64,000 nucleotides of DNA from Paraspadella gotoi (Eukaryota; Animalia; Chaetognatha): assembly GCA_051294375.1 (NCBI GenBank), contig JBJCIZ010000239.1, positions 419,055 through 483,054 of the forward strand, in the 5' to 3' direction. Below are positions 39,805 through 51,512 of this stretch, in pieces. The notes beneath the pieces were generated by a model. That model ran no database searches and was not told the origin of the DNA. It worked only from the letters and a program-made list of their open reading frames with translations. Position numbers and translations under genes: made by a program. Within the stretch, counting starts at the first letter, position 1. Each line of letters begins with the position of its first letter.

Positions 39805-39880
39805 GAGGGCGGACCGACGGACCGTACAAAAGGAAATTATAGAGTCGGGATCTGCTTATATAGCAGATCCCGACTAAAAA
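39805..39880 (-). mobile_element. Isolated 5' end of the HINE-like element
   Basis: Reverse complement of 37608-37682, with hairpin AGTCGGGATCTGC-ttatata-GCAGATCCCGACT. Confidence 0.7.
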
Positions 39881-40110
39881 ATCTCAATGCTTTCCATTCT
39901 TTGCCTCAATTGTCCTAGTCTCAAAAGCAGAGAGAGATTTCCTCCCAAGATCATGGCTCCATCAGAAACTAGTATGTGTTCCCGGGTCTTCGAGTACAAT
40001 CTCTTGGATAATCAGATAAACACAAAAACAAACACTTTCAATCAGTTTACGAAAGAATCTTTTTAAGTTTTAGCGATTAGCCATCNNNNNNNNNNNNNNN
40101 NNNNNNNNNN

Positions 40111-40410
40111 ACAGAATAAGTGGTCAGATGAGAGAAGTACAAGTGAGACAGATTGATAAGTTGTGGAAAGAAGTGAACTTAGAGAGAGAGAGAGAGAGAG
40201 AGAGAACAGGGATAAATAATATAAATGAATACATTGTGCAATTACAACAAAGATAAATGGCATTGAAACTAAAATTAGTAAAATTTAACAATTGTATAGT
40301 TGATAGAAAGTGAAAAATGAAATGAATTTGTGAAAAAATGAAATATGAAATTTTAAGTGTTAAGTAAATGATTAAAATGAAATTTAAGGTAAGAAAGAGC
40401 CATTGAGATC
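40111..40410 (-). repeat. Inverted partial pLTR at the 5' end of the Penelope-like element
   Basis: Reverse complement of about 41720-42015 (e.g. TGGTCAGATGAGAGA vs TCTCTCATCTGACCA). Confidence 0.8.
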
Positions 40411-40419
40411 TTTTGAACC

Positions 40420-41912
40420 ACTGACGATCCATGTGAGATATCAGGGACAGTGAGAGGGAGGTGAATGGGTCATTCCATGCTCATGTGTTGAGCACGCAAA
40501 AGGGCGGCTCATTGATTTCAGTTACCGCAAACCGACCACACAGACCAATACATTCCCTTCACCTCACATGCCCCTGTCACAAGTGCCACGGTCGATCCCT
40601 TACCAGGAGAGCGTTTGATTCCTCAACCCCGAGCTTCAGGCCGCCGAGCTTAGCACGTCAAAAGAGCCTTGGCGATCAATGCTACCCTCTGTGGCCTTCG
40701 AGAAGCCAGGTATCGGCCGCGCTGGCTGAGGACAGTAGGCCAACAGGGCTGTCCAAGTAACCGGACGAGTTCTTCCTCCACCCCAGGAGGCGAAACGGGA
40801 GCTTGCTGCTGAAGACCAACCGCGCCCACACGCGCAAATGGAAAATATAACAGAAGCGCCCAAGAAGTGCACTTGTCCTCCCTACCACAGGGATCACTGA
40901 ATCATTGGTGGGGTTTGTAGCAAAGCAGGGATCTCAATTCAGTGACGGCCCGCGGCTCCCTACGTGAGCATTTGGTGAACCGAAAGAATAAAATCCAGAC
41001 CGAAAACATCAGGAGCCGTCTACTGGGGCCTGTGCAGGGGCGGGTACAAGCCTGCACAGCAGCATACGTGGGCGAGACAGCAAATCTCTTACAGATCGTT
41101 TCAGCACATAAAACTTACCGTGATGACAGAGGTCATTACTTTCCGCAATAGCTGACATCACAGAAAACAGGCCATTTGTTCAGAGATTCCAGACTGTCTC
41201 GTGCTGTCCCATGACCAAACTGGTTCTCAAAGTATTAGAGAGCAGTCTACATTCAAAGCCTCGAGCCTTTGAACCGTGATGGAGGGAGATTCGACCTCCT
41301 CAAGCTATGATTCGCTTATCAAAAGTGTGGTGGAGGCCCGCCCACCACGCCGACAATGATTCCCTGTCCACTCAACCGAGACAGGCGAGACCTTACGCAG
41401 GCATGGAAACGATGCCACTCCTTCAAATGCAGCAACTCAGTCCCTCTCTCCTGTGGACTGAGCGTCGCCAAAACGAGGCTTCAGGAGGAAGAGAGGATCT
41501 TATCATCCCTGTCGCAAAAGTGGAAAAATAGACAATCGCCCACCTCGCAGCAGCGAGAAGAGGCACGGCAGGCGTATCAGCCAGAAGACATAAGAGTGGC
41601 ATTGGGAATTTTTCGCCTGTACATCCGGTGCAGAATTACTGGTTCAGTGACTCTCTCTCAGCCACTGACGCGCCAATGACCGTACATGCCATGCCCTCAT
41701 TTGCATAACCAGGGAGCCAGCTCTTTTGAGCTTTTCTACTCCTAAATTTCATTTAATCATTACTAACACTTAAAATTCTCATATTCATTTTCACAATTTC
41801 CTTTCATTTTTCACTTTCTATCCACTTACAATTGTAAATTTTACTAATTTTAGTTTCAAAGCATTTATCTTGTTTTACATTGCACAATGATATTAATTAT
41901 TGTTATCCCTGT

Positions 41913-41944
<32 letters not shown>

Positions 41945-42045
41945 AAGTTTCACTTCTTTTCACAACTATTCAATCTGTCCTCCCTAGACCTGTCTCTCAT
42001 CTGACCACATTCTGTCTCACCACTTTGTTGGAAAACTTTACCCTA

Positions 42046-42090
<45 letters not shown>

Positions 42091-42210
42091 TTCTCTCTCT
42101 TCTAGCCACAAATTTTAAACCATTCTGTCAATAACGCTGATGAAGACTTGTAAACAATCGAAAACAGTCTGTTCAACTATAAATAATTCGTTGCAAACAA
42201 AAACTTTGTC
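40420..42210 (+). mobile_element. 5'-truncated Penelope-like retroelement (RT C-terminus/thumb, GIY-YIG endonuclease, 3' pLTR)
   Basis: Remnants YRKPT..DQYI (~40523), SLTRRA, LP...GITESL, GIY-YIG ACTAAYVGET (~41049-41078) and LNRDGG (~41269). These are followed by a pyrimidine-rich tail and a hammerhead-type motif at 42133. Confidence 0.8.
42133..42173 (+). ncRNA. Minimal type-I hammerhead-ribozyme-like motif (degenerate) in the Penelope pLTR
   Basis: AACG-CTGATGA-A-GACTTGT/ACAA(-)TC stem II-GAAA-ACAG-TC-TGTT; AACG can pair with TGTT as stem I. Penelope pLTRs are known to carry such motifs. Confidence 0.55.
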
Positions 42211-42237
42211 ATTCTCTAAGTACTATCTTATAACATA

Positions 42238-42990
42238 AACAAGTTGAGCAAACAATGTCGGATCTGCCCCACTGATCATGTATCGGTAAATTTAATTATG
42301 ATTAGATTATTAATAATTAATTCAAGTTAATTAATTATTTAATTAATTAATAATAATTTATTCAAGTTAGTTATTAATAATTAGGCAAATTAATGAATTA
42401 ATTTGATAGAAATTTTTTTGATTGATTAATTGACTGATAATTAATTGAATTAATTAATTGACTATTGATTAGTAACTGATAATTATTTGATTAATTAGAT
42501 ACATGTTATATTACATTTAAAAAAAAGAAAAAGAAGCATAATCAATTGTGAAATAGTTCTTGTTTTTTCCATTTAACTCATTTTCACTTCAAACATTCTA
42601 TCGAACTTAATTTCCAGTTTAAGTCAACACTTTTCTACCAAATTACAAAATTTCATCAATCGCCATCCACTCATGAGTTAATTGTGTTCAAATAGTGATA
42701 TATTTTTATTTTTTCAAATTTAAACTCATGTTCACTCAGCCGATTCCATCCTAAACTTCATACAAGGCTCAAGTCACACACTAACCCCCCACTCACAAAT
42801 TCAATTCCAATCCATCCATCCAATCACGATAATTGGTGTTTTTCTAGGGGGACATGCGGGACGGACGGATGGACAGACAGACGGACATCGTTTTTTTTTG
42901 CATAATTTTATCATAATTCGATGTTCTGAACAATGATAATGAAGTCGAAATATAGGGCCCGGACGACAGAGAATTATAATGGGACTTGAG
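42238..42990 (-). mobile_element. HINE-like element copy
   Basis: 3' end AACAAGTTGAGCAAACAATGTCGGATCTGCC plus a core reverse-complementary to 37800-38130. Confidence 0.65.
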
Positions 42991-43408
42991 CGGCCTTAAA
43001 TATTGAGTCATGCAAGAGGCAGCCAGAAAAAAAAAGAATCAAAAGGCAAGCAGCAGAAGCAGGCGGATAAAAGAGACGAAAAAAGAAAGAGCTTCTAGAT
43101 CAGCGACTAAACATAGATGCATAGAAAAAAGATGATAAGTTGAATAAAATGATGAGTCGAATTGTAAAATGAATGCAAATTCGAATAAAATATTGCTATG
43201 AAAAAGATGGAGTTGAAGTGTGAGTGAAAATAAATTGATGCGGTTAAAAAATTTGCGAGTTAAAAAAAATTTAAAAAAAATGTGATTTATCATCTGATTA
43301 TCTGATTAACGCTTAATATCGTAGGCACATCCGACATGTTTGCTCAAACTTGTTGAAAAAAATGTTAGCCTTTATTTTACAGCAATCTAATACGGTCGTA
43401 AAAATTTT

Positions 43409-43977
43409 AACAAGTTTGAGCAAAAATGTCGGATCTGCCCCTACGATAATGTAAGTAATAATAAGTAATGAAGTAATAAGCTAACTTGTCAACTTGCATA
43501 ATTTAATCAATTTGGTCAACTGACATAATTTGTTAAACTGACTTAATTTTCTACTGAGCAAATTTGGTTCAACTGACATAGTTGACCATTAAGATATTTG
43601 GTCAACCAGCATAATTTGCTCACTGGCATATTTTATCAACTGGCCTAATTGATCAACTGGCATAATTGGTCAACAGGCCATAATTTGGTCAACTTGCAGA
43701 CTTGATCAACTTTAAGAATTTGGTCACTGGCATAATTTGGTCAACTTTAAGAAATTTGGTCAACTGGCATATTTTTTGTCAATTGGCATAATTTGGTGAT
43801 CAATCATCAATCAATCAATCAATCAATCAATCATCAGAGAGAGAATTATTTATCCTAATTCGATGTTCTAACATGATATAAGTGTGTGTCCAACAATATT
43901 GAGGGGGCGGACCAACGGAACCACAAAGTGAATTATAAGAGTCGGGATCTGCTGAAAGCACATCCGACTAATAACAA
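43409..43977 (-). mobile_element. HINE-like element with internal 18-bp minisatellite
   Basis: Mirror image of 50021-50598; both ends present. Confidence 0.7.
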
Positions 43978-44977
43978 ATTAATTTCATTCATCTACAATA
44001 TAAATATGCTTTAAAGGTTTCAAGTAATGTATAAAATTATAAAAAAAATTACAAGCTATTTTAAGACACTTAATTATACTTAGGCTAAGGGCAAATATTT
44101 CTGTAATCTTGTAATTCACAGAAACTGATGTTACATTCTTGTTAATTTTTTTTTCATACATTTTGTATTTTCATGTAATTTAATTTGTTTTGTTTAAAGA
44201 AAAAACAAAAATGAGTTGTAAATTGAAATATGCTTGCTTTTATTTAATGAAATATTTTTCTAATGATCGAATATTAATTATATTACATTTATAAAATATT
44301 GTCTCGTCTTTACACTTGGATGGAACTTTCACGTCTTCCAGACCATTCTTTCTAGGTTATCCCAGTTTGCCGCAACCTCCGCCACCAACGCAGCGAACTA
44401 ATGCCGTGCTATGTTCGCCAAGACTCGAAAGCTTCTAATTAAAACACCCAGAGGGACCGAGAACAGCTTCGTGATCGTAAAGAGCTGTGATGCCGAATTG
44501 TGATGGCAACAGCTAGCGCTGGGATGACATCCATTTGGTCTGAGACGACAACGATGACAATGTCTCTTCTGGTCAGCATTGTCTAGTCATTGTCTCTGTA
44601 GGGTTTGAACCCCTTTCTTCCTCCACTCTGGGTGACTAGCCATCTCGTATCAATGAGACATATATCTACGAGAGTTTAATATTTTAGAACTTAAAATAAT
44701 TGATAATGCAATGTAAATAAAAGAATCTTCATAGAGATTCGATCTCGGGACTTTTGGCCCACTTCAATTTGCTTAGTGGAAGGCGCCACTCTGTTTCACA
44801 ACTTTATATATTCATTTACAAGTTTATCTATTGTAGTATGTCAATAACATTATTAAAACAAAAGACATATTAACACATATAGTTTAATAGGTGTCATCAC
44901 TAGTACTATTATGTTCATTATTGTTATCTACATTTCCATTGTTAAGTCTTTAACCTTCACAAAGTATTTCTCATATA

Positions 44978-45349
44978 GCATATACTCGCGCAAGATTAGT
45001 CACGCCAAAGACAAGTTTGCCTTTTTGGAGGCCAAGATCCCCGTCGACACGGATCCCCGCATAACGAGCCTACTGCCGGCAATTGGGCCCTCTTCCTCGA
45101 ATATTTGCGCCGCGCTTACGGCTTACGAATCCCCGACAAGCTAAGTTACTCCTCGACAGGAAGGTCAAACTCGACGGCATGAAACCGTCCCAGCACCTCG
45201 CCAGGCTCGTGAAAAGTCGACGACCGTCTCTATAGACGACATTCGCAAAGAACTGGTTCTCAGTGAGCTCCCTCGAGACATCCGGACCAATCTCATCGAT
45301 CGAGCTGAAACGGCAACCGCGGCCGAGTTAGCTAAGGCGCCGGACAACA
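44978..45349 (+). mobile_element. Ty3/Gypsy gag fragment
   Basis: AKDKFAFLEAKIPVDTDPR...KLDGMKPSQHLARL...ELPRDIRTNL; same family as 38211-38530. Confidence 0.8.
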
Positions 45350-47609
45350 AGTATGTCATCCTTCATAATCGCTTCCCCCGGGGGCGTACTGGGGCGGCCC
45401 CGCGGGGTGCCCGCGCGGGCGCCCCGAGGGCAGGCAAATCCTTACCGCCTAGGGCGGCCCCTGTAGCCTTTTTTTTGGAGCCCCAAGGGGCCACTCCAGG
45501 GGAATCCCCCAGGGGCTAGAAAAACCTTGCCCCCTGGGGCTACCCCCAGGGGGATGGATTTTCTGCCCCCTGGAACGGCTCTCTCTCCCTCCTTATCTCT
45601 CTCTCCCTCTACTCTCTCTCTCTCTCTCGGCCTCTCTCTCTCTCTTTCTCTCTCTATTTGTCTATTTTCATCTTCATACAATAAAATATAAAAATAAAAA
45701 TAATCTTTTTTCACTTCAATTAATCAATCAATGAACCAATAGCTGCACAATACAACTTGCATAATTTGGTCACCTTGCATAATTTAGTCAATTGACATAA
45801 ATTGGTCAACTGACATAAATTGGTCAACTGATATATATTAATCAACTTTTAAAATTTTGGTAAACTTTATAATTTGGTAAACTTCATAATTTGGTATTTT
45901 TTTTATAATTAGTTAACTTGCTTAATTTGGTTAACCTTCATAATTGGCTAAACTTTATAATGTAAACTTTAATAATTGGTAAACTTTCATAATTGGTAAA
46001 CTTTCATATTTGGTAAACTTCATAATTAATCAATTTGCATAATTAAATCAACTCGCATAATTTGGTCAACTTGCATAATTTGGTCAATTTCATAGATTTA
46101 TCAATTGGCATAAATTGTCAACTGGTATAAATTGGTTAATTTGCTTAATTTATTCAACAGTCATAATTTGTCAACTTAGATAATTGGACAACTTGGAATA
46201 ATTTGGTCAAATTAATTAATTTGGTCAACAATCAACTTAACAATTAGCTTAATTAATATTATTATCCAATAGAAATAAAAAAAGTAACTTTTGTTTTTCC
46301 ATTAAACTTACTTTCTTTTTTCTACCACACAAACAAAATTTTATCTTAAAAATTTTATAGAATAAAGAGTAGGATGGTTTTATTTTTTAATTCACTTATA
46401 AAATAATTAATTAAAAAATATTTAATTGATTAATTAATTAATATCAGTTTTTAAGTCCATCCATATTAGTATTAAACTTAATATTCGTGATTAAATAGAT
46501 GGATTGGGAATAAAATTTGTGTGTGGGTAGAAAAGTATGTGGATTGAGCTAGATATAAATTTTTGCTCATCTCTCTCTCAAAATCGTCAGCCTCTACTTA
46601 ACAACGTGAGTTCATCTTAAGCAATCTACAAACTAACAATTTTAATTACAAATCTAAATAAATAAAATTTATTTACGATGTAGAACTCGTTTAATGTTGA
46701 TGAATAGTTTTTTATTTTTTTTTGGGGGACTCCATAATTCACTAAGTAGGTCTGTCAGTCACTGCCCATTATTTGTTTGGTGATTTTATAATTATTTTTT
46801 TTTAAATATCAAATTATGAATAATTTTTTTTTAAAAATTATGTCTCTCTATCAGTCTATCAGTATGTCCATCCAACAAAAAAGAAAAAAAATTAAAAAAA
46901 AAAGATAAAAAAAGACAAAAAAAAGACAAATGACTGATTAGCTTTTTACCACTAAATTTGGTATGGCTACGTCCTACATTGTTTGTTAAAACTTTTTCTA
47001 TATCTTTTAACTGAATATAAAATAATTGGGTTAAAAATACAATATTATAATTTTTAGATAAAATATGGAATAAATGAGTTAACAATATTGAAAAATATGT
47101 ATATTTAATTCAGTTACATAAAACAAGTCTTGAAAGAGAGAGAGAAAAAAAGATCTATAGAGAGAGAAAAAAGAGAGAGAGAGAAAAAAAAGAAAGAGTG
47201 AATGAGAAAAAAGAGAGAGAGAAAAAGAGAGAGAGAAAAAGAAAAAGGGAGAGAGAGCAAGAGAGAGTACAGACAGGGAAAAATATTCTCAGATATATAA
47301 CATAGTCAGAAAGTATATTTTCTCATCTAAACTTTGCTCTCTCTTTAACTCGCCCTGGGGGAGCAGTTTTTTTGCTCCCCAAGGGTTACCCCCAGGGGCA
47401 AGACTTTTTTTTGGCCCCAGGGGCTAAGCATTAGGGGCGCCCCTAATAGACCCAAAATATTGGCCCCAGGGGGAACCCCCCTGGGGCGGCCCCTGAGGCA
47501 ATCCAGAGGGGCGCCCTCAATGACCATTTTGCTGCTCCCCCTGGAATAGTCTGCCCCCTGGGGCGCCCTAGAGCCGCCCCGGGCGGAGGATTTGGGAGAT
47601 GACATATCT
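45350..47609. mobile_element. Non-autonomous TIR DNA transposon with GC-rich subterminal repeats and a 9-bp TSD (Mutator/Foldback-like)
   Basis: Left end AG(-)TATGTCATC, right end GATGACATATCT. About 230-260 bp of CCCC(A/T)GGGG-rich sequence lies at each end. Flanks are CCG(G)ACAACA and CCGACAACA. No transposase ORF seen. Confidence 0.65.
45755..46230 (+). repeat. 18-bp minisatellite (CATAATTTGGTCAACTTG-like)
   Basis: Degenerate tandem array; same unit as 43480-43800 and, reverse-complemented, 50205-50525. Confidence 0.85.
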
Positions 47610-47838
47610 CCGACAACAACTCAGAGGGATTTTCGATCGTTTTTTTAGTTTCGCTTGTAATCTCACTATATTGTTTCGCCAGGAAGAAACTCCGTATTAC
47701 GAGTTTCTCAAGAAATATTTGCTTTACAATAAAAATCTCAGATTTTTATTCCGACTTTTTTCTTTTGGAAGCTGCACGTTAAGCAGTTCGACCGTGTGAA
47801 CAACATGAAAGCGGTTCGTCTCCGCGAGGCGTGAAGAC

Positions 47839-48130
47839 AAAAGGCAAACTTGTCTTTGGCGTTGACTAATCTTGCGCGAGTATATGCGGATTCGACTCCC
47901 CGAATCCACATCTCGATATTTTCTTTATCAAAAGCTGAGAGGTCCGGTTTCATTGGCTTTTCGACGCCCGCGTCGCCGCCATGGCGGCGTCGAGAGGTTG
48001 GGTGACGCCTCGCGGAATGATGGAGGCGTTTCAGTTCTGCGTCGGTTTCACCAATGTGGCTAAAACGATTTGAGTCCAAAGTTCGTATGAATAATAAAAT
48101 ATTCTCCGGAACAAAAGTCTTATTTGTTCA
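47839..48130 (-). mobile_element. Ty3/Gypsy LTR 3' end, primer-binding site and gag N-terminus
   Basis: Minus strand ...GCCACA|T-TGGTGAAACCGACG (PBS 48053-48040), then PDLSAFDKENIEMWIRGVESAYTRARLVNAKDKFAF, which overlaps the start of the other gag fragments. The LTR left boundary is not determined. Confidence 0.7.
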
Positions 48131-48569
48131 TTCATGAAAACAGGCCTTAATAAAATAATCAAAGCATATAGATATTTGGCTGGTTTTACCGACAAGCAAT
48201 CAAAATATTATTACACAATATTGTAAACAGTAACATTAATACAAATAAACATTAACGAAATCAATAAATATCAACAAATGAAGTAGTAAACATAAATGAC
48301 ATTAAGAGAAATACTTTGTGAAGGTTAAAGACTTAACAATGGAAATGTAGATAACAATAATGAACATAATAGTACTAGTGATGACACCTATTAAACTATA
48401 TGTGTTAATATGTCTTTTGTTTTAATAATGTTATTGACATACTACAATAGATAAATTGTAAAAGTGAATATATAAAGGTTGTGAAACTGAGTGGCGCCTT
48501 CCACTAAGCAAATTGAAGTGGGCCGAAAGTCCCGAGATCGAATCTCTATGAAGAATCTTNNNNNNNNNN

Positions 48570-48922
48570 TCGGCCGCGGTTGCCGTTTCAGCTCGATCGA
48601 TGAGATTGGTCCGGATGTCTCGAGGGAGCTCACTGAGAACCAGTTCTTTGCGAATGTCGTCTATAGAGACGGTCGTCGACTTTTCCACGAGCCTGGCGAG
48701 GTGCTGGGACGGTTTCATGCCGTCGAGTTTGACCTTCCTGTCGAGGAGTAACTTAGCTTGTCGGGGATTCGTAAGGCCGTAAGCGCGGCGCAAATATTCG
48801 AGGAAGAGGGCCCAATTGCCGGCAGTAGGCTCGTTGATGCGGGGATCCGTGTCGACGGGGATCTTGGCCTCCAAAAAGGCAAACTTGTCTTTGGCATTGA
48901 CTAATCTTGCGCGAGTATATGC
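48570..48922 (-). mobile_element. Ty3/Gypsy gag fragment (inverted copy of 44978-45327)
   Basis: EAKIPVDTDPRINE...RQAKLLLDRKVKLDGMKPSQHLARLVEKSTTVSIDDIRKELVLSELPRDIRTNL. Confidence 0.85.
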
Positions 48923-50020
48923 TATATGAGAAATACTTTGTGAAGGTTAAAGACTTAACAATGGAAATGTAGATAACAATAATGAACATAATAGTACTAG
49001 TGATGACACCTATTAAACTATATGTGTTAATATGTCTTTTGTTTTAATAATGTTATTGACATACTACAATAGATAAATTGTAAAAGTGAATATATAAAGG
49101 TTGTGAAACAGAGTGGCGCCTTCCACTAAGCAAATTGAAGTGGGCCAAAAGTCCCGAGATCGAATCTCTATGAAGATTCTTTTATTTACATTGATTATCA
49201 ATTATTTTAAGTTCATAAAAATATTAAACTCTCGTAGATATATGTCTCATTATACGAGATGGCTAGTCACCCAAGAGTGGAGGAAAGAAAGAGGGTTCAA
49301 ACCCTACAGAGACAATGACTAGACAATGCTGACCAGAAGAGACATTGTCATCGTTGTCGTCTCAGACCAAAACTGGATGTCACTCCCAGCGCTAGCTGTT
49401 GCCATCCCAATTCGGCATCCACAGCTCTATTACGATCACGAAGCTGTTCTCCGGTCCCTCTGGGGTGTTTTAATTAGAAGCTTTCGAGTCTTGGTCGAAC
49501 ATAGCATCGGCATTAGTTCGCTGCGTTGGTGGCGGAGGTTGCGGGCAAACTGGGATAACCTAGAAAGAATGGTCTGGAAGACGTGAAAGTTCCATCCAAG
49601 TGTAAGAGACGAGACAATATTTTATAAATGTAATATAATTAATATTCGATCATTAGAAAAATATTTTCGAGTTAAAAAATAAGAAGGCAAGCATATTTGT
49701 CGAAATTAACAACCGAGGTAATTTTTTTTTCTGGGTAAGAGCAAAAAACGCAAATTACAATTACATGGAAGATACAAAATGTCATGAAAAAAAAATTAGA
49801 CAAAGAATGTAACATCATTCCAGATTTTCTGTGAATGTACAAGGATGTAGCAAGAAAAAAATAAATTGCCTAGTTTTTGCGCCCTTTTAGCCTAAAGTAT
49901 AATTAAGAGTGTCTTAAAATAGCCTTTTGGTAATTTTTTTATTAATTTTATACACTTACTTGAAACCTTTAAGCCTATGGAGTGGTTTGTATATGTGTAG
50001 TATGAATTGAAATTATAATT

Positions 50021-50166
50021 TTGTTATTAGTCGGATCTGCTTATTTTCAGCAGATCCCGACTTCTATAATTCACTTTGTCGGTCCGTTGGTCCGCCCCCT
50101 CAATATTGTTGGACACACACTTATATCATGTCAGAACATCGAATTAGGATAAATTATATCTCTCTC

Positions 50167-50203
<37 letters not shown>

Positions 50204-50598
50204 CACCAAATTATGCCAATTGACAAAAATATGCCAGTTGACCAAATTCTTAAAGTTGACCAAATTATGCCAGTTGACCAAATTCTTAAAGTTGATCAAG
50301 TTCTGCAAGTTGACCAAATTATGCCTGTTGACCAAATTATGCCAGTTGATCAAATTAGGCCAGTTGATAAAATTATGCCAGTTGAGCAAATTATGCTGGT
50401 TGACCAAATTATCTTAATGGATCAAATTATGTCAGTTGACCAAATTATGTCAGTAGACCAAATTAAGTCAGTTAACCAAATTATGTCAGTTGACCAAATT
50501 GATTAAATTATGCAAGTTGACCAAGTTAGCTTATTACTTATTACTTATTATTACTTAATTATCGTAGGCAGATCCGACATTTTTTGCTCAAACTTGTT
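50021..50598 (+). mobile_element. Complete HINE/DINE-1-like element with central 18-bp tandem array
   Basis: 5' subTIR AGTCGGATCTGC, adjacent IR GCAGATCCCGACT, GTCC microsatellite, (GATT)n, 18-bp array TTGACCAAATTATGCCAG (50205-50525), 3' subTIR GCAGATCCGAC (50568-50578), end ...AAACTTGTT. T-rich boundaries and no TSD. Confidence 0.7.
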
Positions 50599-51512
50599 AA
50601 ATTTTAAGACCGTATTAGAATTGCTCGTAAAATAAAGTAAACATTTTTTTCAACAAGTTTGAGCAAACAATGTCGGATCTGCCTACGATAATTAAGCGGT
50701 AATCAGATAATCAGATGATAAATCACAATTTTTTTTTAAATTTTTTTTAACTCGCATAATTTTTTCAACTCGCATCAATTTTTCCACTCACATACTTTTT
50801 TCAACTCACATCATTTTTTCAATTTGCATCATTTTTACAATTCGAATCATTTTTTCAACCTTCATCATTTTTTTTATTTGCATCATTTTTATGATCATTT
50901 TTAGTGCTGATTCAGAAGCTCTTTCTTTTTCTCTCTTTTATCCTGCTGCTTCTGCTGCTGCCTTTTGATTTCTTTCTTTTTTTCTGGCTGCCTCTGCATG
51001 ACTCAATATTGACTCAATATTGTCGGGCAGTCACTTATATCATGTCAGAACATAGCAGCGAAGTGAAAGTTTACGTACGAACAATTCTAAATGTCAAACA
51101 ATCAATATCCTCAGTTGAACATTAATTCTAACAAAAAAAAAAAAAAAAGAAGCAACGGAACGGTTATTCCTACGTAGAGGTGTTTAACTTCTCTCTTATA
51201 GGTTATTCACAGGTTTTACCTTTAAAAAACAAAAGGCGGCGCAGATTTTTTACCACAAATGAGGCAACAAACTATAGGCGAGTTATAAGCGTTTTTTAAA
51301 CAGGCAAGTGGGACAGATCGAAGGAAGGCAAATAGCGCGAACAAACGGCGACGGACGCGATCAGACCGACCGACCGGATCCGGCGCGAAAAGTGAGTCTC
51401 TTGATCCGGCGAGTTACTGCGCGTAACATCACTTAAAATATAATTTTATGTTCTTCTCAATTTTCGCGAGTAGGGCTTATATTTATATATAGTACTTATC
51501 CCATTCAGACAA

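Noticed and set aside
44300-44650. Possible RTE-type LINE 3' remnant or B-box (GGTTCAAACCC on the opposite strand) in the inverted-repeat arm
   Set aside because: Only faint motif similarity (W..HV, WQQLA) and no matching A-box or cloverleaf.
50144-50506. Hexapeptide-repeat ORFs (VDQIMP)n and (NWHNLV)n
   Set aside because: Read-through of the 18-bp minisatellite inside a HINE-like element; other arrays are not open.
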